This document shows positions 1 to 9,595 of a stretch of 28,685 bases of DNA, in pieces; the first letter of the stretch is position 1, and each line of letters starts with the position of its first letter. The translations under genes were made by a program, and so were the position numbers. Below the pieces are notes generated by a model that ran no database searches, had not been told where the DNA came from, and saw only the letters and a list, made by a program, of their open reading frames with translations. The DNA is from a virus (lineage: Duplodnaviria > Caudoviricetes). The DNA is taken from IMG/VR virus record IMGVR_UViG_3300044637_001165, positions 1-28,685 of that record; one strand, 5' to 3'.

Positions 1-80
1 ACCTCTTGCCAGTATGGATAGTTTTTGGGATTCACGGCCCCATTTCGTAATCTTGAAGAATAAGGAGAGATTATTATCAT
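1..80 (-). CDS. 5' part of a GT9 (heptosyltransferase-like) glycosyltransferase C-terminal-domain protein; runs off the window start
   Basis: Not in the ORF track. ATG at 80-78 overlaps the TGA of the upstream gene (ATGA). Translates MIIISPYSSRLRNGAVNPKNYPYWQE..., resembling the 'I.I.P......K.[WY]P.W' start of the second GT9 domain. Confidence 0.6.
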   Translation of the reverse strand, partial: MIIISPYSSRLRNGAVNPKNYPYWQE

Positions 81-1753
81 AGGCCGTGCATGGCTCTGAA
101 AGCATCGACTAGAGTGCCAGTCCAGTTGTTATTCACCATAAAGTTGTAGACGCTGTATTTTTCTAAGTCCTTGTCTAGTCTTGAGGCGTCGGCAATACTG
201 ATGACAGGCTCGCCCAAAAAGACCTCTGGGTAGCAAACGGCCAGCATTATCTGGTGTCTAGTTTTCTCAGCTTTCTTTTTTATTTCAGGCCACAGGTGTA
301 AAAAGGCCAGATGGTCACCCAATCCATTGTCAAGAACAATCAGCCAGTAGTTGTTGAACTCGATGCCATGGCTTGAGGCCCACGCATTAAAAGCGTCCTC
401 ATCACTTTGCCACAATGACGTATCTTGGAAGAGCCGGATGCCACCCTTTGGGTCCCTTAGGTGCCAGGTTATGATGTCACCAGCCACAAGCAATTTCCAC
501 CCTTGCAGGACCATGTCATGGGTAAAAATAGTCTCTTCACGGTGGCCAACAACTGAGAGATTTTTTGGATAGCCTTGACTTGCAGCTTCCTTTCTGAAGA
601 GAAAAGTGTTGTGAAGATGATCAACTTGTCTTGTCCCTGAGAATTTAAACCATTGGACATTTTGACGAGCTTTTATGTCGCCAATAAGTCCAGAGGCCGA
701 CAAATCCAGGGGGACTGGAATAATCCAGGGAAAATGGACTGATGATGCCACAGCCCCAATGCCATCTGTAGAAATGTGGGCCAACAGAGTTTCTAACACA
801 TTGGGTTCAGCTGAGTTGTCGTCATCCACTCTCCAGATGTACGGCGTTTCAGCCATGTCAATAGCTTTTTGATGATTTAAGACTTGTCCACGTCCCTCGC
901 CCTTTACGATATCAACTTGGCACCCTTTCTGGTACAACACATTCAAAAGGTGACAGTAGACACTCTCATTGAAAAATTCGCCACCATCACCATCATCAAA
1001 AATAATAAGCCTCTGAGGAACCACCGACTGCAATGATATTGATTGAATGGCGAGAGGCAGCGTGGTCTTGTATCGTCCTCGTGTGGATATGTGGGCCGTG
1101 ACGGGTGTGGTTTGACGAACAGTTGGAACCTTAGAGAAAACTACTCCTGAACTAAGAGCAGGAGCCACCATTGGCACAGGCTGTGCATTCAAAGTGTGAC
1201 CACCTCTGTGGAAGATCGGGAAATCGCCAGTCAAGTAACCGTTGGAAGTCCTGACATCACAAGTTCTCTTGACGACATACCCACTTATTTGAGCCCTCTT
1301 ACACCAGTCAATCTCGTAGTCCCTGTATGGGAACTCTTCAGACAGTGGGCCCACTTTGTTCCAAACTTCTCTGGACAGGGCGGCGCAGAAAAAATGAATG
1401 TAATCTGTGCCATTCTTGTTGAGTTGAAGGGGACCACACACAGCCACTTTTGAGTCCACCACCAACTCTTTTAACTGGTCCAACCACCGTGATTGTGGTT
1501 GGGGTAGAAGTACTGCATCGTCATGAAGAATGACGATGTATGGGTTGCTAGTCTCACTTATGCCCTTGTTAATTGCAGAAGCCACTGTTCCGTCATGTTG
1601 AATCCACCTTAACCACGACACTCTGGGCTGTGTTGGACCAACGGCTACAAACTTAAGCTGGCCGTCCGTTGAACGAGTGTTAGCCTGGATGGATTCACAC
1701 AGCTTGTCAAGTGCAGACCCAACACACTTTGTAGGGATAATTATGTCGAACAT
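77..1753 (-). CDS. Multidomain glycosyltransferase: two GT2 (GT-A) domains plus a GT9-like N-terminal half-domain
   Basis: Domain 1: MFDIIIPT...AINKG...YIVILHDD. Domain 2: VTAHISTRGR...YIWRVDDD. C-terminus: WLIVLDNGLGDHL. Start moved from 1795 to ATG 1753, 1 nt after the upstream stop and at a typical GT2 first strand. Confidence 0.85.
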   Translation of the reverse strand: MFDIIIPTKCVGSALDKLCESIQANTRSTDGQLKFVAVGPTQPRVSWLRWIQHDGTVASAINKGISETSNPYIVILHDDAVLLPQPQSRWLDQLKELVVDSKVAVCGPLQLNKNGTDYIHFFCAALSREVWNKVGPLSEEFPYRDYEIDWCKRAQISGYVVKRTCDVRTSNGYLTGDFPIFHRGGHTLNAQPVPMVAPALSSGVVFSKVPTVRQTTPVTAHISTRGRYKTTLPLAIQSISLQSVVPQRLIIFDDGDGGEFFNESVYCHLLNVLYQKGCQVDIVKGEGRGQVLNHQKAIDMAETPYIWRVDDDNSAEPNVLETLLAHISTDGIGAVASSVHFPWIIPVPLDLSASGLIGDIKARQNVQWFKFSGTRQVDHLHNTFLFRKEAASQGYPKNLSVVGHREETIFTHDMVLQGWKLLVAGDIITWHLRDPKGGIRLFQDTSLWQSDEDAFNAWASSHGIEFNNYWLIVLDNGLGDHLAFLHLWPEIKKKAEKTRHQIMLAVCYPEVFLGEPVISIADASRLDKDLEKYSVYNFMVNNNWTGTLVDAFRAMHGL

Positions 1754-1754
1754 G

Positions 1755-2501
1755 CTATACGATGACAGATGAAAGAATAACTTCTTCACCATCACGGCTC
1801 TTGGCCTTCCAAATTAGTGTCTTATTCGGACTTGTTCCTGATGAGTACACCCACGAAACAAAGGAATCATCACTGGGTGTGGCAGGTGTGGATTGGGCAA
1901 TTATCTTGAGAATGTCGAGGGTTGTGGTGCCAATGAAGTGTGGGTCATGTTGAACAAGTACCTCCACACTGTTTGCACTTGAGACCAGGTTTATGTTTTG
2001 ACCGGCCTTGATTCGTCTGAAAAGTAAGACGGTGCCTGAGAGTGAGCTGAAGAGGCCCTCTCCATCCGCACCTGTGCCCATGTTTTGAGCACCAGTGACC
2101 GTTCCACTGCCACCTCCAATTGCGACCCATGCGGAACCATTCCAGTAGTAGGAAGTATAGCCACTGTCACTTCTAGTGACACGATAGCCCACATAGTTTG
2201 TGGTTGGGAATGATGTTACTACTGGAATTTCTGCTTGTACCCAAGTGCCTGGAACACCAGAGGCTACACAGTACCAAAGTCCGCGTATACCATCGACCCA
2301 AACTGCATTGACGTAGTGTTGGCCAAATGTGGGTGGCCCAACCACGCTGTTGGGCTGTCCACCCACGCGGGTGGGTTGACGACTAAACCCAGGACCCTCA
2401 TTTATGATGAAGAAGTTCTGCCACAGAACTTGCTTAAGGTCTGCAGCATTTCTGGGGTCTAGAAGCGTGCTAGGATAGAATGGAGCCGTGGGCAATGACA
2501 T
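1755..2501 (-). CDS. Putative virion tail/fibre-associated protein
   Basis: 248 aa. Has fibre-type motifs PPTFG...VWVDG..GLWYCVASGVPGTW, YYWNGSAWVAIGGG and GEGLFS...LLFRRIKAGQNINL. Tightly coupled (1-nt gap) to the 2225-aa gene. Confidence 0.6.
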   Translation of the reverse strand: MSLPTAPFYPSTLLDPRNAADLKQVLWQNFFIINEGPGFSRQPTRVGGQPNSVVGPPTFGQHYVNAVWVDGIRGLWYCVASGVPGTWVQAEIPVVTSFPTTNYVGYRVTRSDSGYTSYYWNGSAWVAIGGGSGTVTGAQNMGTGADGEGLFSSLSGTVLLFRRIKAGQNINLVSSANSVEVLVQHDPHFIGTTTLDILKIIAQSTPATPSDDSFVSWVYSSGTSPNKTLIWKAKSRDGEEVILSSVIV

Positions 2502-2502
2502 A

Positions 2503-5500
2503 CTAGTAGGTGTATGTGACTATTGTCTCAGCTGGGAACACAGACCGTGTGGAATTACGCAAGGCGTAGACTCTTATGTCAATGTCCTGATAAGAACCAA
2601 AGGAACTCAAGATATCGTTTGAAGTTAGGACCAGAACATTGATACCAGACCCAACCTCAATTGTCTTGACAAGGGTGCCATCAAACTGGCGCAACTCAAC
2701 GGCAGAACCTGGAACGGTGCCACCATCATTGGTTATAGTCCACTGAAGGGTGAGTGTCTGGCCTGAGGCATATCGAGGATTGTTGCCGTCGCCATTCACA
2801 ATAAAATTGGTGGGTGACAGAGGGGGTGTTGCAGCGGTGTAAATTCTCCAAGTAAAGTCTCGCACATCCGTTCCACTTGCAGAGGTGGCTGTCAGCTGTG
2901 TGGCCGTAATTCCAGCAATTTGAGGTGTGCCTAAAATAGTGCCATTGATAAGTGTGAGGCCTGAAGGAATTTCACCCCATGAGAATGTCGCTGTTGTGGG
3001 CGACATGGCATAGGGACGATAGGTAAAGGACACACCCACAGTGCCATCAACTGCTGTCTTGCTGGAAACAAGCACAGCGGGTATGGACATAGAGTCATAG
3101 GAACCATAGGGGTCAGAAGCTGTAAGAGTGCCAGTTAACAGCGTTCCATTTGGGTGTACGACAATTGGATTTGAGTTTAGGTTTGTGATTGGGTCAGAGA
3201 CATTTGTCATCGCCCAGGAGTAGGACAGTATATCGTTGTCTTCGTCAGTAACAATGGCCTGTATGGTTGTTGCCACGCCTGATTGAATGTTGTCAGGGGA
3301 CAAGATGTCAAAACGTTGGATCACTGGGGCATGGTTCTCGATCAGAGTCACTGAACCATATAGCACAACAGGGTCACCCACAGTGGGTGTGATTGTCAAT
3401 TTTGCCCGTCGAGAACCCGCAGTTTGGTTGGCTATAGAAGGAAGCAACACAGTGTTTTGGTAGACACCCCCACTTAGATTTTGAGTCAAACCACTGCTGG
3501 TGTAACCACCTGATATGGAGGAAAAACCCGTAACGCTGGAGAAGTCAGATGATACCCAACCTTCAGCTGTCAAGAAGTCCCAAGCAAACGTTGGAGTGCC
3601 ACCACCATTTGGGTCAGTGGCCCGGCAAGTGAAGCGCACTGTGCTGTTGTTCCCAATTCGTTGTGATTTTGGTTGAGAAATAACGGCTGCGATAATGGGC
3701 TTAAAGGGCAAGGCTCGAACATCAATGTCTAGCAGTGTTGTGCCGCCATTGACGTCCACGGCGTGTAGAATTTTCGTAGCATTTGTGGCCACACTGAATG
3801 GAAGATTAAATGTGCCTTGTGTGGTTCCGTGGCTCAGGGTGCTTATCGTTGTGGGTGTGACACCATCCAACCAAACTAGTATGGGTGAAGCAGAATTTGG
3901 ATCTGAGATGGTGCCCGTTAATGCCGTAGCATACGTGGGTGGCAAGTCATTGTTGGACAGGGTGGCTGACTGAATCACGGGTGGTGAATTCACTATAATC
4001 GAATCAGACACCTGACTTGATTGGCCCCACTCGTTTGCAACGGTGCAAGTCCATGGAAGAGTGCCACCTTGATTGACAACCTTCTGAATGGTGCCAGTGT
4101 CTGTGGTTTCCACTGAACTGTCCCAGAAATTCCAGATGTATGATACAGCTCCTGAAGCCACAACGTCTATTCCAAGGCCATAGCCAACTTGAATGGGTGT
4201 GGTACCTGGGGACAACGTTTGAGTGTGAGACGATATTGACGGGGCTGATGTGGCAGACGGGTTTGGAAGCACAGTGGACCCACTGTAGCTTGGGCTTAAC
4301 ATTACCCGGCTGACCTTGTTGTCTGTCGACATTGTCAGCAGCTCTGATAGGGTGTATGATTCCTCAACTCCTCCAACGCTTGGGTTTATGTTGGCCTCGT
4401 GCTCCCAGGCATAAATGGTGCCGGTGCTTGTGACTTCAGCCAACCATCCACCTGGCGTCAAGTTGCCCAAAGAAGTTGTGCCACTAGCCGTTGTGGATAC
4501 CTCAACTAGTGAAACACCTGGGCCAACCCTATAAACTTGTGTCTTAAGCCGGTCAATTTCAATGCCGTCAACAACCAGCTGGTAGGTAATGCCTCGAGTG
4601 GGATCATCAACAATACCACCCCAATAAATCTGTATAAGCCATGGAGATAATATGACATTGTTGACGTAGAAATCATAGTATGTTTCCTCGGATGTTGAGT
4701 TTGGAGACAACACCATGGGGAATGTAATATTCTGACCGATGGTGACCTCGACATCAAAACCTTCAAATGTTCTGGCAACTTGCCCACGATTGTGGGCTGT
4801 AACACGTAGACGATAGTGACCAACGTCTAGATTGGCAGTTGAGGCCGTGGATGACCACATCAACTGGCCTGTGGAGTATAGAGATGGACTGCCATCATAC
4901 AATGTAGACGATTCTGTTGGAATCCAACCCTCACTTCCTGTAAAGGTTTTTATGCCATACTCATGGCGATACAGATAAGTTATGGGCGTGGTGGTGTCAG
5001 TAGTACCCGTGGAATAAACGACATCACTTGAATTTACGGACAATTGGGTAGTTCCATTTGTAAGGACAGTAACTGCACCTGATGGATACTCATTTAATGC
5101 ATTGATTGGAACTGGCGTTACAGTAAATGTGGGTGACGAAACATACCCACCAACACCTAACTGGTAAATGGTTCCACTGTCGCCTTCAATCCAAATACGG
5201 TCCACTAGAGGGTTGGTGTAGTTGGCAGGATTTGGCCAAGGTGAAACTGTTCCAGTGGCCTCGGTGGACACCACTCCACCTGTTCCAGAGAATGGAGCCG
5301 ACACGATTCTGACGTAGCCAGCAGAGGTATCAGCCAGCCACTCAGGGTTTATGCCACTTGGCAACCCGGTATTTGGCGAGACTGGGTCCCTGTTGATGGC
5401 ACTGGTGGGCAGAAAGGCCTCACCAAGGCGTCGTGGAAGAGTTGGAAGAACTCCACCAGCCAAACCTACGAGATTGCGTCCAGAGTCAGCAATGAAGCGC

Positions 5501-8500
5501 CCCTGGACGTCATAGTTGGCCACAGGTAAAAGGTTGCCAGGATACTCGGTGATTGTTCCAAGACTGGTCACCGTGGTTGTTCCACCTGATGTTGAAGTGA
5601 ACTGACCTGTTACTTCCACAAGATTAGACTGTGGCTGCAGATCAGAGGCAACAAACCCACTGGCTAGTACTCTAAGAAACCACCGATCCCCTGTGGTTGA
5701 GATTTCAACTGGCGTGGGTTGTGTGGCCAACTGTGTGGCCACCCCACTTGGTTGATAAAAAGTAGTTACATCACTGGACAGTTTGAACGTGGACCAAAGC
5801 TTAAAGTCCTGGAGGTAATACTCTGCATCAGTTGACACGGACAAAAAGTCAAGTGTGTCCGTATAAACAGAGATTGGGCTTACGCTGTATGATGTATAAG
5901 TGCTATTAACGCCAGTGACCAGCGTGGCATTCTTTTGGCGAATGCTGATAAAGGAAAAACTGGAAACGGTTAGTGTAGCTTGTAGTACTCCACTGTAGTA
6001 AACGTTTAGTGTTGAGATACTGGCCATCTTTACAACCAGTGGGCCCATGGACAAGATAGTCTGCGTGGAGACGTAAGCATTGGGCTTAAACCAAAAAGCT
6101 AGGGTAAATTCATTCAGAAGTGGATCAATGCTTATGGAAGCTTCCAAGCCATGGCAGTATGTAACCCAACCTCGGTTAGAATCCCAAACACGATCTTGAG
6201 GTATGAGACCGGTGACAGTCATTTGACGAATCACCGGATACACACAGTTTATATCGAGATCTTCGTCTGGGTGTGCATTAAATGGTATCCATGCACTCAG
6301 ACCACTTTGCATGGAAGCAGAAAAAGTACGTTCTGGGCAGGCTAGAAGTTGACCATACCGTATGCCAACATAGTATTGGTTGTTGCCACTGTATGCAATG
6401 GTTGGTAACGGATTCTGGCCTGAAAGCTCAGTAAATCTGAAACGATATGGGAATGTACCTTGAAGAAGATACACGCCGTAACTCAACCCATTATTTGAGT
6501 CAGCACTTGCAACAAATTTTCCAGGGAATTTTTCCTCATTGCCATAGACAGGTTCCAGATCACGGTCAAGAATTTCATGCTCAAGTGGGCGAGTCCACTC
6601 ATTGACGTCTGGATAAAGTGTTGGACGACTTCCAAATTGCGATAAGGTACCAAACTGGTCTTCAGGACGGGGTAGAAAACCAATAGTTCCTGCTTGTTTC
6701 TGGGCTGTGGTAGGCTCAGTGCGTATGGTGCCGCTGTCTGTCAAAAGCCAATTAGCAACCACTGAGTTTCCAGACGGAAATTGTGCAGGACGTATGGCCG
6801 AAAATATTCCAGTGTAATAATCTAAGTCAGTTGAAACGACGCCGTAAGACTCAGTTCCAGAGAATGTTACTTGGTTGGGATCACCTTGGCTGGATTGGCC
6901 TGTCAACACCACCGTCTCATATGGAACCAGTTGGTAGTTGGTTACAGATGATGTGGCCATGAATACTGGCGTTGCTGGATACCAAGGAGCAAAGAGTGAG
7001 TCCTTAGATTCAACCTGATACTCAGTACCCACAACGGTGTTAAACGTAACGACTAACTCTGGACTGATGGACAGTGTGGGTGAATCATCACCAAAGGAAA
7101 TGACTTGGAAAAATTGGGTGTCACTGGGAACACGTACAATGGTTATGGTGGCAGTTCGTGGATAAATGGGACCAGTGATAGTGCCAGACAGTGAGGATGT
7201 CTTGTCATAGACAAGGGCTTGGTTGGCATACTCAGCATAGCCAAAGGTGTCCTCGTACAAGACGCCAGTGCTGAATTGGCGAATATATCTCGTTGATGGC
7301 TTTACAGAATTTAGTATAACCTCAGTCTCTGCAGCAAGACTGGTAAGCCACAGTGTATCAACTTGCTGGGTATTTCCGGCCACCTCTGTGGTTCCACTGA
7401 ATGGCAAATAAGGGGGTGATGCTACAAGTGAACCATTACCGACTTGTTCAATGACGCTGGGATTAGGTTTTGCTGGAACTGATCTGGCGTTGATGGTTGC
7501 CTCTTTGATCGTCAGCACCAGGTTGTAGTAGCTAGTGCGGTACTTTATGCTGGAAAGTCGATCAAATATGGTGGCCTCAAAGTCCCCGTTTGAATAGTAC
7601 GGCACAATGCCGTCTGCGGCTGTGCCAGCTTCATACACATTGGAGGCCAGCTGATACGTAAAGCTCGTTGGGCTAGTAACTGTTATGGAGTAAAGACCTA
7701 CATAGTCAAACGGAGTAACATTACTTATGAATATGTAGGAATCAGATGTAAGGCCATGGGACTGGGCAGTGGTTACTGAGGCAATGGACGGAGTGGCATC
7801 CGATGTGCTTATAGTGGATATGACATTGGGCACACTGTCCACTAAAATTTCCAACCCGTTGAAAGACACCCCTTCAGCTAAACCCTCCACAGAAATGGTA
7901 GAAGATAGGGTGGCTGTGGCTTCCACATTGGGCTCGCCGCCACTCAACGTATAGATTCCAGCGCTCGGCTGAGTGATCTCAAGCCAGATTGAAGAGTCCT
8001 GTGAAACGATTACACTGCCCGCATTTACGGTAATTCCAGGGGACAAGTTGCCATTGGCTCCCTTGTTGATAAAAGTGACTGATGTTCCGTCAATTACTGC
8101 AACCTCCAGGGTACCAGCACTGTAGAGAGTTACTAGTTGTCCGACACTCATCCAAGACGAGTCTGTGACTGTGGTCAACACACTGGAATCCACGGCAGGC
8201 ATCAAAAATGATACGCTAAGAAGGGACGTGGGAGGGGCCGTGGTTGTGCTGGCCTTGACCAGAAATGTTCGTCCTGTTGAGGACACCACCACATCACCTG
8301 AATTGTAGGTGGATGCAGCAGTGTAGACACCTCTGAAGTTGGTGACAGTCAGGCCATCAATCTTCCACTTCAAGTAGGGATTGGCCCCGTTGGCTTGAGA
8401 AACAAAATTCGTGTTGTTAAGCAGGCTCAGACGAGTGGACCACGTGTAGAAAGGCCCATCACGATAGGACAGCGGGTCATAAAACTCGGTTGTCTCGATC

Positions 8501-9180
8501 GTTGGCTCCACCACAGTGGTCTCAGAGAAATCCGGGTTATTAGCATCTAAGCCAACGTCCAGAGGATTTCTTGGGCTGAGTCTTCCCCACAGGGGATTGA
8601 CATGCACCGAGTCGAAACCAGCTAAAAGGCCAGCGGTCTCAATTGACTGAGAAGTTCCCTTTATGGGGAGGCGAGAAAAGTGGCTGGCAACAAGATCTGC
8701 GTTCCGTGGGTCGTCAGCGTTTGAAGTGGGAAAAATGGCCCCAATGTTATTGGCTAGATAGCCAATCATGGGCTGGTATACTGTCTTGAAAGGGTCAACA
8801 ACCGTTTCAACCGAGGAGATGACCGATGGATCAATGGCTAAAACATCACCCATCCAAGCCTTAGCTTCATCCTGTGTGAGGTTGCCTGCTTCAAAAGACT
8901 GGTAAGTCTTGTCTGACTCCAGGTCAAAACTTAAAACAGTGCGTGTTACATTCAGACCAAACTCATCTGTGTAGTTTGTGGCCACACAGGTGCCAGGTAT
9001 CGGGTGACCCGCAAAGGGGTCAATGAGCTTGTTAATGTAGGAAATGTAAGCACGGATATCATCCGAGTGATCTTGGAAGCCAGATAATGTAGCATGCAAC
9101 ACCCCAGTGGTGTCAAGCTCCATGACTTTCGTTGGTATCAAGTCAACGAAAAAATTCTCTGGTAGTACAGAAACGGCCAT
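2503..9180 (-). CDS. Giant baseplate-wedge/adhesin-like virion protein (P2 gpI/T4 gp7-like N-terminus; CBM-like, LamG, PKD and Ig-like modules)
   Basis: 2225 aa, S/T/G/P-rich. N-terminal 'LPIKGTSQSIE' resembles the KGT motif of Tail_P2_I-type wedge proteins. FRGVYTAASTYNSGDVV is CBM5/12-like (~8260-8340). FTLAFWFKP...QDFKLWS is LamG-like (~5780-6110). SYIWNFWD is PKD-like (~4130). IPSGLTLINGTILGTP is putative-Ig-like (~2930-2970). Confidence 0.7.
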   Translation of the reverse strand: MAVSVLPENFFVDLIPTKVMELDTTGVLHATLSGFQDHSDDIRAYISYINKLIDPFAGHPIPGTCVATNYTDEFGLNVTRTVLSFDLESDKTYQSFEAGNLTQDEAKAWMGDVLAIDPSVISSVETVVDPFKTVYQPMIGYLANNIGAIFPTSNADDPRNADLVASHFSRLPIKGTSQSIETAGLLAGFDSVHVNPLWGRLSPRNPLDVGLDANNPDFSETTVVEPTIETTEFYDPLSYRDGPFYTWSTRLSLLNNTNFVSQANGANPYLKWKIDGLTVTNFRGVYTAASTYNSGDVVVSSTGRTFLVKASTTTAPPTSLLSVSFLMPAVDSSVLTTVTDSSWMSVGQLVTLYSAGTLEVAVIDGTSVTFINKGANGNLSPGITVNAGSVIVSQDSSIWLEITQPSAGIYTLSGGEPNVEATATLSSTISVEGLAEGVSFNGLEILVDSVPNVISTISTSDATPSIASVTTAQSHGLTSDSYIFISNVTPFDYVGLYSITVTSPTSFTYQLASNVYEAGTAADGIVPYYSNGDFEATIFDRLSSIKYRTSYYNLVLTIKEATINARSVPAKPNPSVIEQVGNGSLVASPPYLPFSGTTEVAGNTQQVDTLWLTSLAAETEVILNSVKPSTRYIRQFSTGVLYEDTFGYAEYANQALVYDKTSSLSGTITGPIYPRTATITIVRVPSDTQFFQVISFGDDSPTLSISPELVVTFNTVVGTEYQVESKDSLFAPWYPATPVFMATSSVTNYQLVPYETVVLTGQSSQGDPNQVTFSGTESYGVVSTDLDYYTGIFSAIRPAQFPSGNSVVANWLLTDSGTIRTEPTTAQKQAGTIGFLPRPEDQFGTLSQFGSRPTLYPDVNEWTRPLEHEILDRDLEPVYGNEEKFPGKFVASADSNNGLSYGVYLLQGTFPYRFRFTELSGQNPLPTIAYSGNNQYYVGIRYGQLLACPERTFSASMQSGLSAWIPFNAHPDEDLDINCVYPVIRQMTVTGLIPQDRVWDSNRGWVTYCHGLEASISIDPLLNEFTLAFWFKPNAYVSTQTILSMGPLVVKMASISTLNVYYSGVLQATLTVSSFSFISIRQKNATLVTGVNSTYTSYSVSPISVYTDTLDFLSVSTDAEYYLQDFKLWSTFKLSSDVTTFYQPSGVATQLATQPTPVEISTTGDRWFLRVLASGFVASDLQPQSNLVEVTGQFTSTSGGTTTVTSLGTITEYPGNLLPVANYDVQGRFIADSGRNLVGLAGGVLPTLPRRLGEAFLPTSAINRDPVSPNTGLPSGINPEWLADTSAGYVRIVSAPFSGTGGVVSTEATGTVSPWPNPANYTNPLVDRIWIEGDSGTIYQLGVGGYVSSPTFTVTPVPINALNEYPSGAVTVLTNGTTQLSVNSSDVVYSTGTTDTTTPITYLYRHEYGIKTFTGSEGWIPTESSTLYDGSPSLYSTGQLMWSSTASTANLDVGHYRLRVTAHNRGQVARTFEGFDVEVTIGQNITFPMVLSPNSTSEETYYDFYVNNVILSPWLIQIYWGGIVDDPTRGITYQLVVDGIEIDRLKTQVYRVGPGVSLVEVSTTASGTTSLGNLTPGGWLAEVTSTGTIYAWEHEANINPSVGGVEESYTLSELLTMSTDNKVSRVMLSPSYSGSTVLPNPSATSAPSISSHTQTLSPGTTPIQVGYGLGIDVVASGAVSYIWNFWDSSVETTDTGTIQKVVNQGGTLPWTCTVANEWGQSSQVSDSIIVNSPPVIQSATLSNNDLPPTYATALTGTISDPNSASPILVWLDGVTPTTISTLSHGTTQGTFNLPFSVATNATKILHAVDVNGGTTLLDIDVRALPFKPIIAAVISQPKSQRIGNNSTVRFTCRATDPNGGGTPTFAWDFLTAEGWVSSDFSSVTGFSSISGGYTSSGLTQNLSGGVYQNTVLLPSIANQTAGSRRAKLTITPTVGDPVVLYGSVTLIENHAPVIQRFDILSPDNIQSGVATTIQAIVTDEDNDILSYSWAMTNVSDPITNLNSNPIVVHPNGTLLTGTLTASDPYGSYDSMSIPAVLVSSKTAVDGTVGVSFTYRPYAMSPTTATFSWGEIPSGLTLINGTILGTPQIAGITATQLTATSASGTDVRDFTWRIYTAATPPLSPTNFIVNGDGNNPRYASGQTLTLQWTITNDGGTVPGSAVELRQFDGTLVKTIEVGSGINVLVLTSNDILSSFGSYQDIDIRVYALRNSTRSVFPAETIVTYTY

Positions 9181-9186
9181 ACGAGT

Positions 9187-9192
9187 TAACTA
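9187..9192 (-). promoter_or_regulatory. TAGTTA motif (putative late promoter) 6 nt before the ATG of the 2225-aa gene
   Basis: Minus strand reads gaTAGTTAactcgtATG; the same motif precedes several other unit heads. Confidence 0.6.
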
Positions 9193-9203
9193 TCTTTTGA
9201 GTC

Positions 9204-9212
9204 CAGTTCTTG
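9204..9212 (+). promoter_or_regulatory. CAGTTCTTG motif (second promoter class) before ATG 9216
   Basis: cAGTTCTTggttATG; the identical 9-mer occurs at 20171-20179 (-) and 27386-27394 (+), each just before a start codon. Confidence 0.5.
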
Positions 9213-9215
9213 GTT

Positions 9216-9485
9216 ATGTCGAAACTCTGCATCTCGCACTGTCACCTGACCTCGGCAACTTATCCAGCCGTCAACAGACTCAGCGATCCGCAAGCATTCT
9301 GGCATACCCAGACACCCACAATCCATGGTCAATGGGTGTCTGGGTTTTATTTTTTCCATATACCTCGCAAGCTTGAGTGGTCACAACCACTGGAGAAGAA
9401 CCAAACCTCTCCGTATGAAATACCAAGCTGTGATAGGGAGCTCGCTAATGGAAGAGTTGCCTTATACTTTGCATTCACTCCTTAG
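9216..9485 (+). CDS. Hypothetical protein (89 aa)
   Basis: ORF 9210..9485 restarted at ATG 9216. Supported by the GTTCTT motif 4 nt upstream; no recognisable family. Confidence 0.45.
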   Translation: MSKLCISHCHLTSATYPAVNRLSDPQAFWHTQTPTIHGQWVSGFYFFHIPRKLEWSQPLEKNQTSPYEIPSCDRELANGRVALYFAFTP

Positions 9486-9531
9486 TGCTTTGGTGCTAAC
9501 GATGTTTCCGCTGCTAACTGCAGCAGGCTCT

Positions 9532-9576
9532 GACTCTCCCTATAGTCTGGTTGTCTACCTTCCTATAGGGAGAGTC
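9532..9576. repeat. Perfect 14-bp inverted repeat (hairpin) in the largest non-coding gap
   Basis: GACTCTCCCTATAG (9532-9545) and CTATAGGGAGAGTC (9563-9576) around a 17-nt loop. Confidence 0.85.
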
Positions 9577-9595
9577 TTGTCGACCTCCCCGTTAA

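Noticed and set aside
1754-1795. ORF-track N-terminal extension of the glycosyltransferase (similarly 15104-15148 for the IPT protein)
   Set aside because: The extensions overlap neighbouring genes; downstream starts fit domain boundaries, gene coupling and the upstream motifs.
9532-9576. CTATAGGGAGA in both hairpin arms matches the initiation end of the T7 promoter
   Set aside because: The upstream specificity part (TAATACGACTCA) is absent on both strands and no T7-type RNAP is in the window; treated as coincidence, not vector contamination.
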